A stretch of 64,000 nt of DNA from an uncultured Actinomycetes bacterium (GCA_963841215.1 CAWJBW010000001.1:5332-69331); one strand, 5' to 3'; positions 49,593-61,566 are shown, counted from the stretch's first letter. Notes: generated by a model not told the origin, from the sequence alone. Numbers and translations: made by a program.

Positions 49593-50995
49593 GCGGATCC
49601 CTCCGGGAAGTCCGTACGCGACGATGCCACCGTTCGGATTGGCGGGCGCGGCAAAGAACCAGAACCCGTACGGCACGAACACCTGGCCTCCCGACACCGA
49701 GATGCCGCCCCCGAGGTCGGCGCCCGGAGTGTCGGACCACAGGATCGCGCCGGTCGCCGCGTTCAGGGCGTAGACGGTGCCGGTGATCGTCGGCTGGTAC
49801 ACGACGCCGTTGGCGTAGGTCATCGCGCCGAACGTCGCTGACGGCAGCGATCGTTGCCACACCGTGGCGCCGGTCGCGGCGTCCAGCGCGAACGTGGTCG
49901 ACCGGTTGTTCGGGTCGTGGAAATTGACGAGGTTCGACCACTGGTTCGACGCGAGATAGATGCGACCGGCGTTGTACGCGGCCGTGGTCATGATCCCGCC
50001 GAGGTGGCTGCCGGTGGGAAGGTGCTCGGGCCCACACGTCGCTTCCGTCGTCGCGGTCGAAGACCGCGTAGACACCCGCCTTGTCTCCGACCCCGACGAC
50101 GTCCTGGTTGCCGATGCGGAACAAGTTCGGCGCCGCGCCGAGGTCGGCATCGGGACCCTGGGGCGCTTGGCCGAAGATCGTGTACACGTCGTCGGCGGTG
50201 AACTGACGAATCCACCGAACTGCGCCGGTCGCGTACTCGATCGCCATGAGCGCGTCGCCACGCGGTGACGCCGGTGGCTCGTACGTCTGCCCGGTGCCGA
50301 TGTAGAGCAGGCCGCGGCCGCTGTCGACCGCCGCGGACGACCAGACCGAGACGCCCGCGCCCTGTTGGGCGTTGTTCGCCGTGGTGTAGACGCGCCACCG
50401 TTCGACGCCGGTGTCCGCGTCGAGCGCGACGATGCTGCCGCGGAACGTGTAGTCGGGCTTCGGGATCGCCAGCTCGACCGACGCGACACCGACGACGATC
50501 ATGTCGTCGACCGCGATCGGCGACGAGAAGATGCGCGTGTTGGGGTGCGGATCGAGATCGCGCGACCACACCGGTACTCCGGTGGCGCTGTCGACCGCGT
50601 GGAGGTTGCCCGCGCCGTCGCCGACGTAGACGCGATTGGCGTGGAGGAGCGGGGAGTCGTCGATCACCGTGTTGGTGAGCTGGCGGGTCCAGATCGCCGT
50701 ACCGTCGGCCGCCGAGACCGCGCGCAAGGTGCCGTCCCAGTTCCCGAAATAGACCACGCCGCCGAACACGGCCGGCGTGCTCGTCGAGCCGTCGGTGCCG
50801 GGCACGCGCCACAGCTCCTCGAGCTCGTCGACGTTCGCCGGTGAGATGGTGGACTCGAGCGCGGCAGCACGGGTGTTGGACGCGTCGACTGCCGTACGAG
50901 AGCCAGCAGCCCGACGCGACGACACTCAGCACCGCGACGAGCACGCCCGTTCTCAAGATCCGCACGCGGCCCGTCGTCCGATTCCCCTCGATCAT
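49590..50995 (-). CDS. PQQ-binding-like beta-propeller lipoprotein (polyvinyl-alcohol dehydrogenase-like); frameshifted, 3' end approximate
   Basis: Lipobox ASGC then WLSYG; repeated AxDxxTGxxxW; GVSVWSSAAVD, YIGTGQ, DADLGAAP, GDKAG. Confidence 0.8.
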
Positions 50996-51030
50996 CGTTC
51001 CCCCTTGATCATCGTTCCGCTTGATCATCG
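50988..51030. repeat. 16-17 bp tandem repeat x3 containing the start codon
   Basis: TCGATCATCGTTCCCCC / TTGATCATCGTTCCGC / TTGATCATCG; each unit reads CGATGATC on the coding strand. Confidence 0.8.
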
Positions 51031-51061
51031 AAGTGTCTTGGCGGCTCCCCGATGGAACACG

Positions 51062-52729
51062 TCAGTCGTCGTCCACGATCAATGCGCCACCGAGCCCGTA
51101 CGCGCCGCCCATCGCTGCGTTCGTCGCCCCGAAGAAGGAGACGAGCACGATCTCGTCGTTCTCGACGGCGAGATCCTCGATGCCTGCGAACACTGCGGTC
51201 GCCGTGGACGTGCCCGGCGCGAAGGTCACGGTGCCGGTGCCGCCGACGAAGTCGAGACCGTCGGCGGCGGTCCAGCCGTAGGTGACGTACGTCGCCGTGA
51301 TCGGGAGCGTCGATGTGCGCGTCAGCGTGAGTGGTATCGCGATCGGCTTGCCTTCCTCGACGGCAGTCGTGCCCGGGATGACCGAGACGGGCGCGAGCGC
51401 GCCGACGATCTCGAGCCGAGGGAACGTCAGCCCGTTGCGGGCGTCGGTGATCGGGACGCCGGCGAGCCGGAACCGGCGGAGGATCTGGGTGACGGAGTCG
51501 CCGGGGTACAGCTGTCGTGCGAGCGCGAACGCGCCGGCGACGTGCGGCGTCGCCATGGAAGTGCCGTTGAAGTCGGCGTAACCGCCACCCGGAACCGACG
51601 AACGGATGGCGCTCCCGGGTGCCCACAGCTTCATCATCGACGCCGAATTGGAATAGCTCGCGACCGTGTCGGACTTGGTGGTCGCACCGACGGCGATGGC
51701 GCTGGAGATGCATCCCGGTTCCGAGATGCCGGACGCCGTCGAGTTGTTACCGGCGGCGATGACCGTCGCGACGCCGATCGAACGCAGGTTGTCGATGGCA
51801 GGCTTGAGCACGTTGGCGTCGCAGTACGACGAGTACACGAGGCCGCCGATGCTCATGTTCACACTGGCGACGCGCAGTGATGCGGCGACGTCGTACACGT
51901 GCTCGAGGCCGGCGAGCATGTCGCCGTTCAGCGCCAACGCGCACGGACTCGGCTTCCCGAGCGCGGCGCAGATCGGGTCGGTGAACCGCGAGAACACCTG
52001 TACCGCAACGAGCTTCGCGGCGGGCGCGACGCCGGTGAACGGAGCCCCCGCGGCCGGCCCGCCCACTGCGATACCCGCGACGTGCGTCCCGTGCCGGCAG
52101 TCGTTCGGTGCGTACGTGCACGGCGCCGCCGCGCCGGCGCCGAGTTGCGACACCTGTCCGTTCGGGCACGTAGCGATCCCGCTGAAACACGACTCGTCGA
52201 CGACCTTGCCCGCGAGGTAGGGATGGGTGGAGTCGATGCCGGTGTCGAGGACCGCCACCGCGCTGTCCGCTTCCGGAAATCCCTGCCGCCTGGGACGCGG
52301 TGGCGCCGACGAGAGGGGTGCTCTGCGGCGTCGGCGATCGCCATCGGACGGTCCACCTCGACCGACACGACGCGTGGGCGATCGACGGAGCGCGGCGATG
52401 GTCGCCGGGGGGACTTCGAGCGCCACGTACGGCACCGAGTGATACCGATGGACCACTTGCCCGCCGTTGTCGTTCACGATGGCCTCGACGGCGTCGCTGC
52501 CCGTGTCGATCGCCGTGCGTTGCCGGGCACCTTCGGCCGCGGAGAGGTCGGAGAACGCCCGGTTCGGGGTGCGAAGCGTCACGATCACTCGCACGCTGCC
52601 TCCGGCCGCGGTGGCCCGGTATCGCCGACGTCGCCGACCGGATCACCGGGCCGCAGATTCCGCCGAGGCCGGCGGTGCGAACAGTCCGAGACAACCGACG
52701 AGGAGAACACAGACGATGCCGCGCCGCAT
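51062..52729 (-). CDS. Secreted S8 subtilisin-like peptidase with C-terminal Calx-beta-like domain (frameshifted)
   Basis: Triad VAVLDTG / HGTHVAG / GTSMATPHVAG; signal MRRGIVCVLLVGCLGLFAPPASA; C-terminal TAADGLDF..GTVTFAPG..DLAVENDE. Confidence 0.9.
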
Positions 52730-52825
52730 TGAAGAAGGCTCCTCGATCGGGACCGGCGCACGCTAACGCTTCCGTCGCCGCCGAGCACGCCCGAACCGTC
52801 CTCGCACCGATTACCGTGACCCGCC

Positions 52826-54297
52826 GTGCTGCACGACGCCGACCAGCCGGCCCGTCCGCTGCGCGTCGCGATCATCGGTGCCGGGATGGCCGGCATCTTG
52901 AGCGGCGTGAAGCTGCACGAGGCCGGGATCCACGACTTCACGATCTACGAGAAGGGCGACGCGCCCGGCGGAACGTGGCGCGAGAACACCTACCCGGGTC
53001 TGGCGTGCGACGTGCCGTCGCACCTGTACAGCTACTCCTTCGCACCGAACCCGGAGTGGAGCCACCGCTTCTCGCCCGGCGAGGAGATCCAGCAGTACTT
53101 CCTCGGCGTCGCCTCGGAGTTCGGCCTCGACGCGCGGACGCGCTACGGCGATGCGGTCACGCGATTGCCGCTTCGTCGACGGCCGTTGGCACATCGAGAC
53201 GGCCGAGGGCCACCACGACGACGTCGATGTCGTCATCGCCGCGACCGGAGTGCTCCACCATCCCCGATATCCGGACATCCCCGGCCTCGAGTCCTTCGAG
53301 GGCTCGATGTTCCACAGCGCGCGGTGGGACCACGACGCGAAGGTCGACGGCACGCGTGTCGGCATCATCGGGAACGGGTCCACCGGTGTGCAGATCACGA
53401 CTGCGCTCGTCGATCGGGTCGAGAAGCTCTCGCTGTTCCAGCGGACCGCGCAGTGGATCATGCCGCAGGAGAACCCGGCCTACACGGACGAACAGAAGGT
53501 GTCGTACCGCAACGATCCGCGCCAGCTCCAGGAGATGCACGCGCACTTGAGCGAGATGTTCGGCATGTTCGCGATGGCGGTCGTCGACTCGAACTCACCG
53601 CAGATCAAGGTGGTCGAGGACATGTGCCTCGCGAACCTCGAGGAGAGCGTCCGCGACCCCGAGCTGCGGGAACGTCTCCGGCCCGATTACCGCGCCGCGT
53701 GCAAGCGACTCGTCGTGTCGCCCGGCTTCTACGACGCGATCCAACGCTCGAACGCCGAGCTCGTGACCGAGGGGATCGAGCGCATCGAACCGGCCGGCGT
53801 CCGGACGCGAGACGGTCGCCTGCACGAGCTCGACGTCCTCGTGCTCGCCACCGGCTTCCAAGTCTCCGCGTTCACGCGCCCGATGAACGTGGTCGGGACG
53901 CGGCGGCCGCTCGCTCGACGACGAGTGGTCGGAACGACCGCTCGCGTACCTCTCGATCTCGGTTCCGGGCTTCCCGAACTTCTTCATGTTGAACGGTCCG
54001 AACGGACCGGTCGGCAACTTCTCGCTCATCGAGGTCGCCGAGTTGCAGTTCGACTACATCATGCAGCTCATCGAGCAACTGCGCGCCGGGTGTCGCGAGA
54101 TCGAGCCGAAACGCGAGGCGATGGAAGCGTTCGAAGCCGAGCGGGTGGCGGCGACGAAGGGCACGATCTGGGCCACGGGCTGCCGGAGCTGGTACCTCGA
54201 CGACCGCGGTGTCCCCGCGTCGTGGCCGTTCACGTTCGCCCGGTTCCGGGCCGAGATGGCGGCGCCGGATCCAACCGCCTACGCCACCGCTCGGTAG
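52826..54297 (+). CDS. Flavin-containing monooxygenase, BVMO family (frameshifts near 53160 and 53900)
   Basis: GAGMAG, GGTWRENTYPGLACDVPS, FEGSMFHSARWD, GNGSTG, ATGF, PNFFMLNGP, GCRSWY. Confidence 0.9.
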
Positions 54298-54341
54298 CAC
54301 TGTCTGTCGCGTGGTTCCCGATTCCTGAGTACGGTCCCGGG

Positions 54342-55172
54342 ATGGCCGACGACGACCTGCACGACTTCGAACGCGACCAGTTCACCCACGACGGCAAGAC
54401 CCGCACGGTGTTCCGGCAGGGGACCGGCCCGGCCGTCATCGTCATCGCCGAGATGCCGGGCATCACACCCAAGGTTCTCGAATTCGCGCGCCGCGTCGTC
54501 GCGATCGGATGCACGGCCGTGTTGCCACACCTCTTCGGCACCCCGGGTCGCGATCCGAACGCGCGCAGCTCGACCCGTGAGCGCATCGGCGCCGCCGGCT
54601 ATGGGCTCTCGTCGATGGTGCCGGCGTGCATCAGCCGGGAGTTCGCGGTCCTGGCGCTCGGGAAGACCTCGCCGGTCGTGTCGTGGCTCCGCGCGCTCGC
54701 CGCATCCGAGCACCAGCGGGCGGGCGGACCGGGCGTCGGCGCGATCGGTATGTGCTTCACCGGCGGTTACGCGCTGGCGATGGCCGCCGACCCGGTGTTG
54801 CTCGCGCCGGTCCTCTCGCAACCGTCGGCGCCGTTCGCGGTCTCGAAGCGGCGGAAGGAAACGATCGACATCTCGCCCTCGGATCTCGCCGCGGTGCAGC
54901 AACGCTGCGCGCACGAGAATCTGACCGTGCTCGGCCTGCGGTTCAAGGGGGACCGGTTCGTTCCGGCCGAGCGTTTCGAATTCCTCCGCGAGCAACTCGG
55001 GAGCGCGTTCGTCGCGATCGAGCTCGACGATGACGCCGCCAATCCCGACGCGATCATGTCGCCACATTCCGTGGTGACCGAACACCTCATCGACGATCCC
55101 GGGCAACCGACGCGCGACGCGCTCGATCGCGTCCTCGACCTGTTCCGGACGAGACTTCTCGGAGTCGCATAG
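54342..55172 (+). CDS. Dienelactone hydrolase family protein
   Basis: EMPGITP, nucleophile GMCFTGG, PVLSQP, HSVVT; leaderless TACGGT+6 nt+ATG. Confidence 0.88.
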   Translation: MADDDLHDFERDQFTHDGKTRTVFRQGTGPAVIVIAEMPGITPKVLEFARRVVAIGCTAVLPHLFGTPGRDPNARSSTRERIGAAGYGLSSMVPACISREFAVLALGKTSPVVSWLRALAASEHQRAGGPGVGAIGMCFTGGYALAMAADPVLLAPVLSQPSAPFAVSKRRKETIDISPSDLAAVQQRCAHENLTVLGLRFKGDRFVPAERFEFLREQLGSAFVAIELDDDAANPDAIMSPHSVVTEHLIDDPGQPTRDALDRVLDLFRTRLLGVA

Positions 55173-55185
55173 CCACGGCCCGATC

Positions 55186-56439
55186 ATGATCGCCACCGGA
55201 GCAGTCGGCCGGATCCTCACGAGCCGGGGGATCCGCGGTTTCGCCGACGGCTTCGTGAGCGTGCTCCTCGCGCAGTACCTCGACGCACTCGGTTTCTCGC
55301 CGTTCGAGGTCGGGGCGATCGTCACCGGCACGCTGCTCGGCTCGGCTGCCCTCACGCTCACGTTCGGTCTGACCGCGCACCGATACCAGCTCCGCACCCT
55401 GCTCGTCGCGGCGAGCGCGCTCATGGCCGCGACCGGCCTCGGCTTCATGACCTTCACGTGGTTCTGGCCGTTGCTCGTCGTCGCGGTGCTGGGGACGCTC
55501 AACCCCTCGGCCGGTGACGTGAGCGTGTTCCTTCCCGCCGAGCAGGCGTACGTCGCCGAGGAGGTCGTCACCGAGCGCCGGCCGCACGTCTTCGCGCGAT
55601 ACAACGTCGCTGCCGCCTGGGCCGGCGCGCTCGGTGCGCTCGCGTCCGGGTTGCCCGAGGTGATCGCCCGGCGCGCCTCCTGGGATCCGACGCTGACGCA
55701 ACGGTTGTCGTTCGGCGTCTACGTCGTCGCCGCGCTCGCGATCCTGGTCGCCTACCGGCGTCTCCCGTCGAAGCGCCACGTACCTGCGCCGGCGAGCTCG
55801 GACGCGAGCGCACCGAGCGCACCGAGCGCGCCGCGCGGCGGCCTCGGGAGCTCGCGCCGAATCGTGTTGGAGTTGTCGGCGCTCTTCAGTCTGGACGCGG
55901 CCGGCGGGGGATTCGTCGTGACATCGCTGCTCGTGCTCTGGCTGCACCTGCGTTTCGACATGTCGGCCGGAATCACGGGTGCGGTCTTCTTCGCCGCGGG
56001 AGTGCTCGGCGGCTGCTCGCAGTTCCTCGCACCGCGTCTGGCGGCCCGCTTCGGCCTCATCCGGACGATGGCGTTCACGCACATGCCGGCGAACGTCCTG
56101 CTGGCGTGCACTGCGTTCGCGCCCAACGCGGCGATCGCGGTCTCGATGTTGCTGGCGCGGGCGCTGCTGTCGCAGATGGACGTCCCGGCGCGCCAGTCGT
56201 TCGTGATGGCCGTCGTCCCGCCCGAGGAGCGGGCCGCAGCGGCGAGCGTGACGAACGTGCCGCGCAGTCTGGCGGCGGCGACGACGCCCCTTCTCGCCGG
56301 AATTCTGCTCGAGCGCACGACGTTCGGCTGGCCGTTGCTCATCGCCGGCGTCACCAAATTCGTCTACGACGCGCTGCTGCTCTTCCTGTACCGGGACGTC
56401 CCCGAGCGCGCCGGCGCCGCACGCGCCCGCCGCGGATAG
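55186..56439 (+). CDS. MFS transporter
   Basis: About 12 hydrophobic segments; RGFADG, SLDAAGGG, SQMDVPARQSF. Confidence 0.92.
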   Translation: MIATGAVGRILTSRGIRGFADGFVSVLLAQYLDALGFSPFEVGAIVTGTLLGSAALTLTFGLTAHRYQLRTLLVAASALMAATGLGFMTFTWFWPLLVVAVLGTLNPSAGDVSVFLPAEQAYVAEEVVTERRPHVFARYNVAAAWAGALGALASGLPEVIARRASWDPTLTQRLSFGVYVVAALAILVAYRRLPSKRHVPAPASSDASAPSAPSAPRGGLGSSRRIVLELSALFSLDAAGGGFVVTSLLVLWLHLRFDMSAGITGAVFFAAGVLGGCSQFLAPRLAARFGLIRTMAFTHMPANVLLACTAFAPNAAIAVSMLLARALLSQMDVPARQSFVMAVVPPEERAAAASVTNVPRSLAAATTPLLAGILLERTTFGWPLLIAGVTKFVYDALLLFLYRDVPERAGAARARRG

Positions 56440-56452
56440 GGCCCGCCGGAGG

Positions 56453-57596
56453 TCACGGCCGAATGGCACATACGCGGACCGCCGGCGGCGCTGCCGCGCC
56501 TGCGCCTCGCGTTTGGCCTGCGCCGGTCAGGAATGCGGCCATGCGCGCGCCTTCCCGTTCGATCGCGCGGGCGGCGCGTTTGGTGACGTACGAGAGATGC
56601 TCGACGACGATGGCGCCGGGGTTCCCGCCGGACGCGCGCTCTCGGTACCACGTTGCCGCAAGCCTTCCGTCGACCAGCACGGTGCCCTGCACCTTGGTTG
56701 CGCGCCCGGCTTCGCCACGAGCTGCGTCGGGCACGAACCGGGACCGGTCGGCGTGCGACAGGAGCGCGTTGTCGTACTCGGGGAGGAAGCGCACCGGTGC
56801 CTCGACGTCGCCGGGCGGCCGCGGCGCATCGGGCAGATCGAAGAGCTCCCGGCCGCGCTCGTCACGGAAGCGGCGCAGTTGTGGGCGCAGCCGTTCGACG
56901 ACTTCGCGAAGGCCGGTGAGGTGCGACCACGCGGCGACGTCGGCGACGGTCGCGGGACCAAAGGCCTGGAGATATCGCAGCACGACGTCGTCGACGCGGG
57001 ACGCGGCGGCGAGTGGACGCCCGACCCAATGTTCGAGCGGTGTCGTCGCGACCTGACCCGAACGACCCCAGAGCCCGCGTGGCGGGACCTGCACCAGCGC
57101 CAGCTGGTTCCGGCACGCGTAGGCGAGGGCAGCCGCGTCCAGGTCGGGAAAGCGCTCGCCGAGCGCGGCGCGCAGCTGCGTGCCCGTTCGGGGTTGCTTC
57201 CTCGAGCAGGCCGCGCGCGTACGCGAGCACCTCGTCGATGTCGACGCCGGCGAGCGGAGGCCCGAAGTCGCGATGTCGCGCCAACTCGCGGTTCAACACC
57301 GGCTGCATCAGCGGTCGGAGCTGCAGTGCGTCATCGACGGTGAGGAGATGCAGGGTCGAGCGCATCGCGGCGATGCGAACGAGCGAACGATCGAGGATGC
57401 AACGCGAAACCGCTTCGGGATCGAACGGCTCGAGCCTCGACCACAGCGCCAGGTAGGGATTCGAGGGAATTTGCGCCTGGAGTCCCACGAGTTGGTGCAC
57501 GGCGTCGATGACGCCGAGCGGCACCCGCTCGAGCAGGAACTGACGGGCAAGGGTCGCGCGGCCGAGCGCGCGCGTGTCGAGGACGTCGTCGGGCAT
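56453..57596 (-). CDS. AlkZ-like (HTH_42) DNA glycosylase; frameshift near 57190
   Basis: RATLARQFLL, VGLQAQ (QxQ), LWSRL, MRSTLH, RYLQAFGPAT, RFLPEYDNALL. Confidence 0.88.
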
Positions 57597-57600
57597 GCCG

Positions 57601-57643
57601 TCATTGTGCTGGCCCTCATTGTGCTGGCGTCATTGTGCCGGCG
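57601..57643. repeat. 14-15 bp tandem repeat x3 immediately upstream of the AlkZ-like start
   Basis: TCATTGTGCTGGCCC / TCATTGTGCTGGCG / TCATTGTGCCGGCG; each unit carries a minus-strand CACAAT. Confidence 0.85.
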
Positions 57644-57706
57644 ATGCCCCTGCGCAGGCACTGCCGCGATCCGGCCGTAGGCTGGGGACACACGACTGGA
57701 GGAGCA

Positions 57707-58546
57707 ATGGCGAACGGAGTGATGGAGCGGGGCCTCAAGCAGGCGGAGGCCGAGCGCGCCGAAGACGCCGCCGGGTGGGCCGCACCCGCAGCCGCGACCG
57801 CGACGGTGCCGGACGCGATCACGCCCGACACCGTGAGCGAGTGGACGCCTGCACCGCCGCGCGCCGGCGTCGAAACGATGACGATGCGCGGCGTCGCGTC
57901 GGCAACCGGCGTGCTGCTCGTGCTACTGATCGCCGCCGGCGCCGTCGGTTGGAACCTGGTCGACACGGAGGCGACCGGACAAATTCGGTTCCCGGGCTGG
58001 CTCCTCCTCCCGCTCTTCGCCGCCGTCGGCGTCGCCTTCCTCACGATGTTCAAGCCGGAACTGGCGCGCTTCACCGGGCCGATCTATGCGCTGCTGGAAG
58101 GGCTCGTGCTGGGTGCGATCTCGCGCGTCTACGAGGAAGCATGGGACGGCATCGTCTTGCAGGCCGTCGCCATCACGGTCCTCGTCCTCGGTGCGATGGC
58201 GTTCCTCTACGCGACGCGGATCATCAAGGTCACCGAACGGTTCCGCCGCATCGTGATCGGGGCGACGCTCGCCATCGTGGTCTTCTACGTCATCTCGATG
58301 TTGCTCTCGATCTTCGGCGCGTCGGTGCCCCTCATCTGGGACGCAGGTCCGTTCGGAATCCTGTTCAGCCTGTTCGTGTGCGGGATCGCGGCATTCAACC
58401 TCGCACTCGACTTCGACCTCGCCGAGCGCGGCGTCAAGTCGGGTCTCCCCAAGCAGTTCGAGTGGTTCTGTGCGTTCGCCCTGACCGTCTCCCTCGTCTG
58501 GCTCTACCTCGAGGTGCTACGGCTCTTGGGCAAGCTCCGCCAGTGA
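57707..58546 (+). CDS. Bax inhibitor-1/YccA family membrane protein
   Basis: MTMRG, YALLEG..LGAIS, GIVLQA, NLALDFD, LVWLYLEVLRLL; RBS GGAGGAG. Confidence 0.92.
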   Translation: MANGVMERGLKQAEAERAEDAAGWAAPAAATATVPDAITPDTVSEWTPAPPRAGVETMTMRGVASATGVLLVLLIAAGAVGWNLVDTEATGQIRFPGWLLLPLFAAVGVAFLTMFKPELARFTGPIYALLEGLVLGAISRVYEEAWDGIVLQAVAITVLVLGAMAFLYATRIIKVTERFRRIVIGATLAIVVFYVISMLLSIFGASVPLIWDAGPFGILFSLFVCGIAAFNLALDFDLAERGVKSGLPKQFEWFCAFALTVSLVWLYLEVLRLLGKLRQ

Positions 58547-58560
58547 ACTGAGAGGCCCCA

Positions 58561-61485
58561 GTGCTTCCGTCGCCGTCCGCGCCGCTTCTCATCGGGCGGG
58601 AAGCGCAGCTGACCCTGCTGCGCGACTTCCGTTCGCGTGTACCCGCGGGCACCGGCGGCGCCTTGCTCGTGCGCGGTGACGCCGGCGCCGGGAAGACGCG
58701 CCTGGTCACCGAGCTCGCGACCGAGGCGCGCGCCGGCCGGCGTCGTGATCCATGCCGGAGGCTGTGTCGCACTCGGGGATCAACCGCTGCGCCACGCGGC
58801 GCTGATCGAGTTGCTGCGCAGCGCCCGGCACCATGGTGCGGGCGCGGGAGCGAACCTCGAAGCGATCGGCGCGCTCCCGACCGAGCAGATGCTCGAGCGC
58901 ATGCTCGCGCTGGTCGACACCGTCGCGGCGCCACATGCCGCCATCCTCGTCTTCGAAGATCTCCACTGGGCCGACCGGGGGACATGCGAGATCCTGACGG
59001 TGCTCGTCCGCCACGTCGCGGGCCGGCCTGTCGGTCTCGTCATGACGTGTCGGGAGGAGGTGCCGCGAGACCATCACGTGCGTGCCTTCCTCTCCGAGCT
59101 GTCCCGCTCGCAGTTGGTCACGCCGATCGCGGTGCCACCCCTCACGCCGGCAGAAGGCGCGAGCCTGATCACCGCACTGCTGGGCGAGGTCGACGCCATC
59201 ACGGTGGCGCGCGTGTTCGAACGGTCGGGTGGGAGCCCGCTCATCATCGAAGAGCTCTGCGCGCAGAGCGCCACCGCGGTGGGCAACGAGGTGCACGGCC
59301 CGATCCGCGAGATCCTGCTCGGTCGCTTCTGGCAGCTCTCGGATGCCGCGCGCGACATCGTCGCGCGCGGTGGCCGTCGCGGGATCTCCGGTTGTCGAGC
59401 AGCACCTCAGGACCGTGGTCGATCTCGACGACAGGGCGTTCGCCGCCGCGCTCCGAGAGGCGTTGGATCTGCGGGTGCTCGCACGGGCCGACGCGGCGAT
59501 CACGATGCGCCACGTCCTGATGGGCGAAGCCGTGTACGGGGACCTCCTGGCGCTCGAACGGGTACAGGTGCATGCCCGATGGGCGGCCACGTTGTCGGAT
59601 GCGCCGGCGGCGCTCGTCGCGCACCATTGGTACGAGGCCGGCGACGACGAGCGCGCCTTCGACGTGGGGCTGGTCGCGGCGCGTGAGGCGACGCACGCAA
59701 TGGCGTTCGACCTTGCCCACCGCCAGTACGCGCAGGTCCTGTCCCTGTGGGATCGCGTCGAGGAGCCGGCGGAACGCGCCGGCGAGGGACGCTCCGACAT
59801 GGCGCTGCACGCGGCCGAAACCGCGAACTGGGCCGGCGACCCCGCCAACGCGGTCGCGGTCGTCGACGAGGCGCTGGCAGTCGTGGAACGGGCCGAGCGC
59901 GAGCCACGCGAGGAACGCGACGAGGCGATGGCGAGCGTCCTGCTCGAGCGGCGGGCGTGGTATCTCTTGCGGCAGGGTGCGAACGACGCCGCCCGCAAGG
60001 CGTATGACGCGGCGTTGGCCGCGCTGCCCGAGACCGCTGATGCCGCGACTCGCGCCCGGGTGCTCGCGGGCAGTGTGCGCGCGTGGGAGCGGTCGGCCGA
60101 GTACGACCGTGCGCTCACGCTGGCGCAGGAAGCCGTCGACGTTGCCGTGTCCGGTTCGGTCGCCGCCGAGATCGGCCCGGCCCAGTACATGCTCGGGCGC
60201 GTCCTGCTGGCCCGCGGCGACATCGACGACGCGATCGCGGAGCTCGAGGGCGCGGCGGCCTCCGCCGAAGACATCCTCAACCCGGTGCTGCTCGCGATCG
60301 CGCGCCTCGAGCTCGGCGATGCGTACGCGCGTCAGGGCCGCCTCGGCGACGCGGTGCCCGCGGCGCTGGCGTCGGCGGCACGACTGCGCGCCCGCGGTGA
60401 CCTCGAACCGCACGCGCTGCTCGCAACGGCGGCGGCCGGTGCCCTGTTGCACCGTCTCGGACGTCCCGCCGAAGGACGCGTGCTCGCAACCGAGATCCTC
60501 GATACGGCTCGTGCCCCGGTGATCGTGGCGATCGGTCACCTGCTGGCCGGAGCGTTCGACGTCGAAGCCCTGCGCCTCGCGAGCGGGCGTGAGCACCTGG
60601 AGACGGCCCGCATCCTCGCGGCTTCGCTCCTCGACGGCCGGGTCGGTGCCGCGCTGGCGTCGGCTCGCACCGACCTCGCGTTCGCCGAGGGCAACCTCGA
60701 AGCGGCCGCGAGCGCCGTCGATGAAGGCATCGCCAAGGTGGAGCACTCCGGCGACGACGAGGCGCTCGCCCACCTCTGCTTGGCCGGTCTGCGGATCGAG
60801 GCCGAACGCGATGTCGCAGCGCTCGGACGCGGATCCGAACGGTCCCGACGCCGGCGGAGCGAGACCATCGCCGAGTACGAACGGCGCATCGAGCTCGTGC
60901 TCGCGGCCAAGGACCCACGCGCCGTCCGCCACGACCTCGACGCGATCCGAGCGGCGTGGAACGCGGAACGAACCCGGCTGGACGGTGAGCACGACCCCGA
61001 CGCGTGGGCCGCTGCGGTCGACGCCTGGGACACGGCCGCCTGGCCCCGCCTTGCTGCCTACGCCGCGCTGCGACACGCCGAAGCCCTCGCGCACGTGCGG
61101 GCATCGGATGCTGCACTCGCGGACGCCTTCGCGGACGCGGACGCGCGCGCCGAGGCGCTCGACAGCCCGTTGCTGCGCGCGCCGATCGCAGCGCGTCGCG
61201 ACCCGCGCCGGCGTGGCCGTCACGATCACGGCCGACGTCACCGCGGCGGAAGCCGAGGATCCCCCCACGGCGCAGGAGATCGACCGGCTGACGAAGCGCG
61301 AACGCGAGGTCCTCGAGCTGGTCATGGCCGGGGCGACGAATCGACAGATCGCGACGCGGCTGTTCATCAGCGAGAAGACCGCGAGCGTGCATGTCTCGCG
61401 GATCCTCACCAAGCTGGGGGTCACGAGCCGCCAAGAAGCGGCAACCCTCGCCGGCCGGAGCCTGCGAGCCCGCCGGGCCCCGTGA
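58561..61485 (+). CDS. Large ATP-binding LuxR family regulator (frameshifts near 58735, 59365 and 61190)
   Basis: LIGRE, Walker A GDAGAGKT, Walker B FEDLHWAD, SGGSPL, TPR-like middle region, LTKREREVL...FISEKTASVHVSRILTKLG. Confidence 0.92.
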
Positions 61486-61566
61486 CGGCGCTCCCGGCGA
61501 CTTCTAAGCCGACAAAGCAGACGTCTGCCCGACGCCGTGGCCCGGCCGTTCGCGGATCATCGGAGC

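Noticed and set aside
53151-55172. 673-aa ORF appearing to fuse the BVMO to the dienelactone hydrolase
   Set aside because: Produced by the frameshift near 53900; the BVMO ends at 54297 in another frame and the hydrolase has its own promoter and ATG at 54342.
1840-61434. Long alternative-frame ORFs (for example 1840..3714, 2402..4240, 25925..28312, 59244..61424)
   Set aside because: Arg/Gly/Ala/Val-rich shadows of real genes, expected in high-GC DNA; no family motifs.
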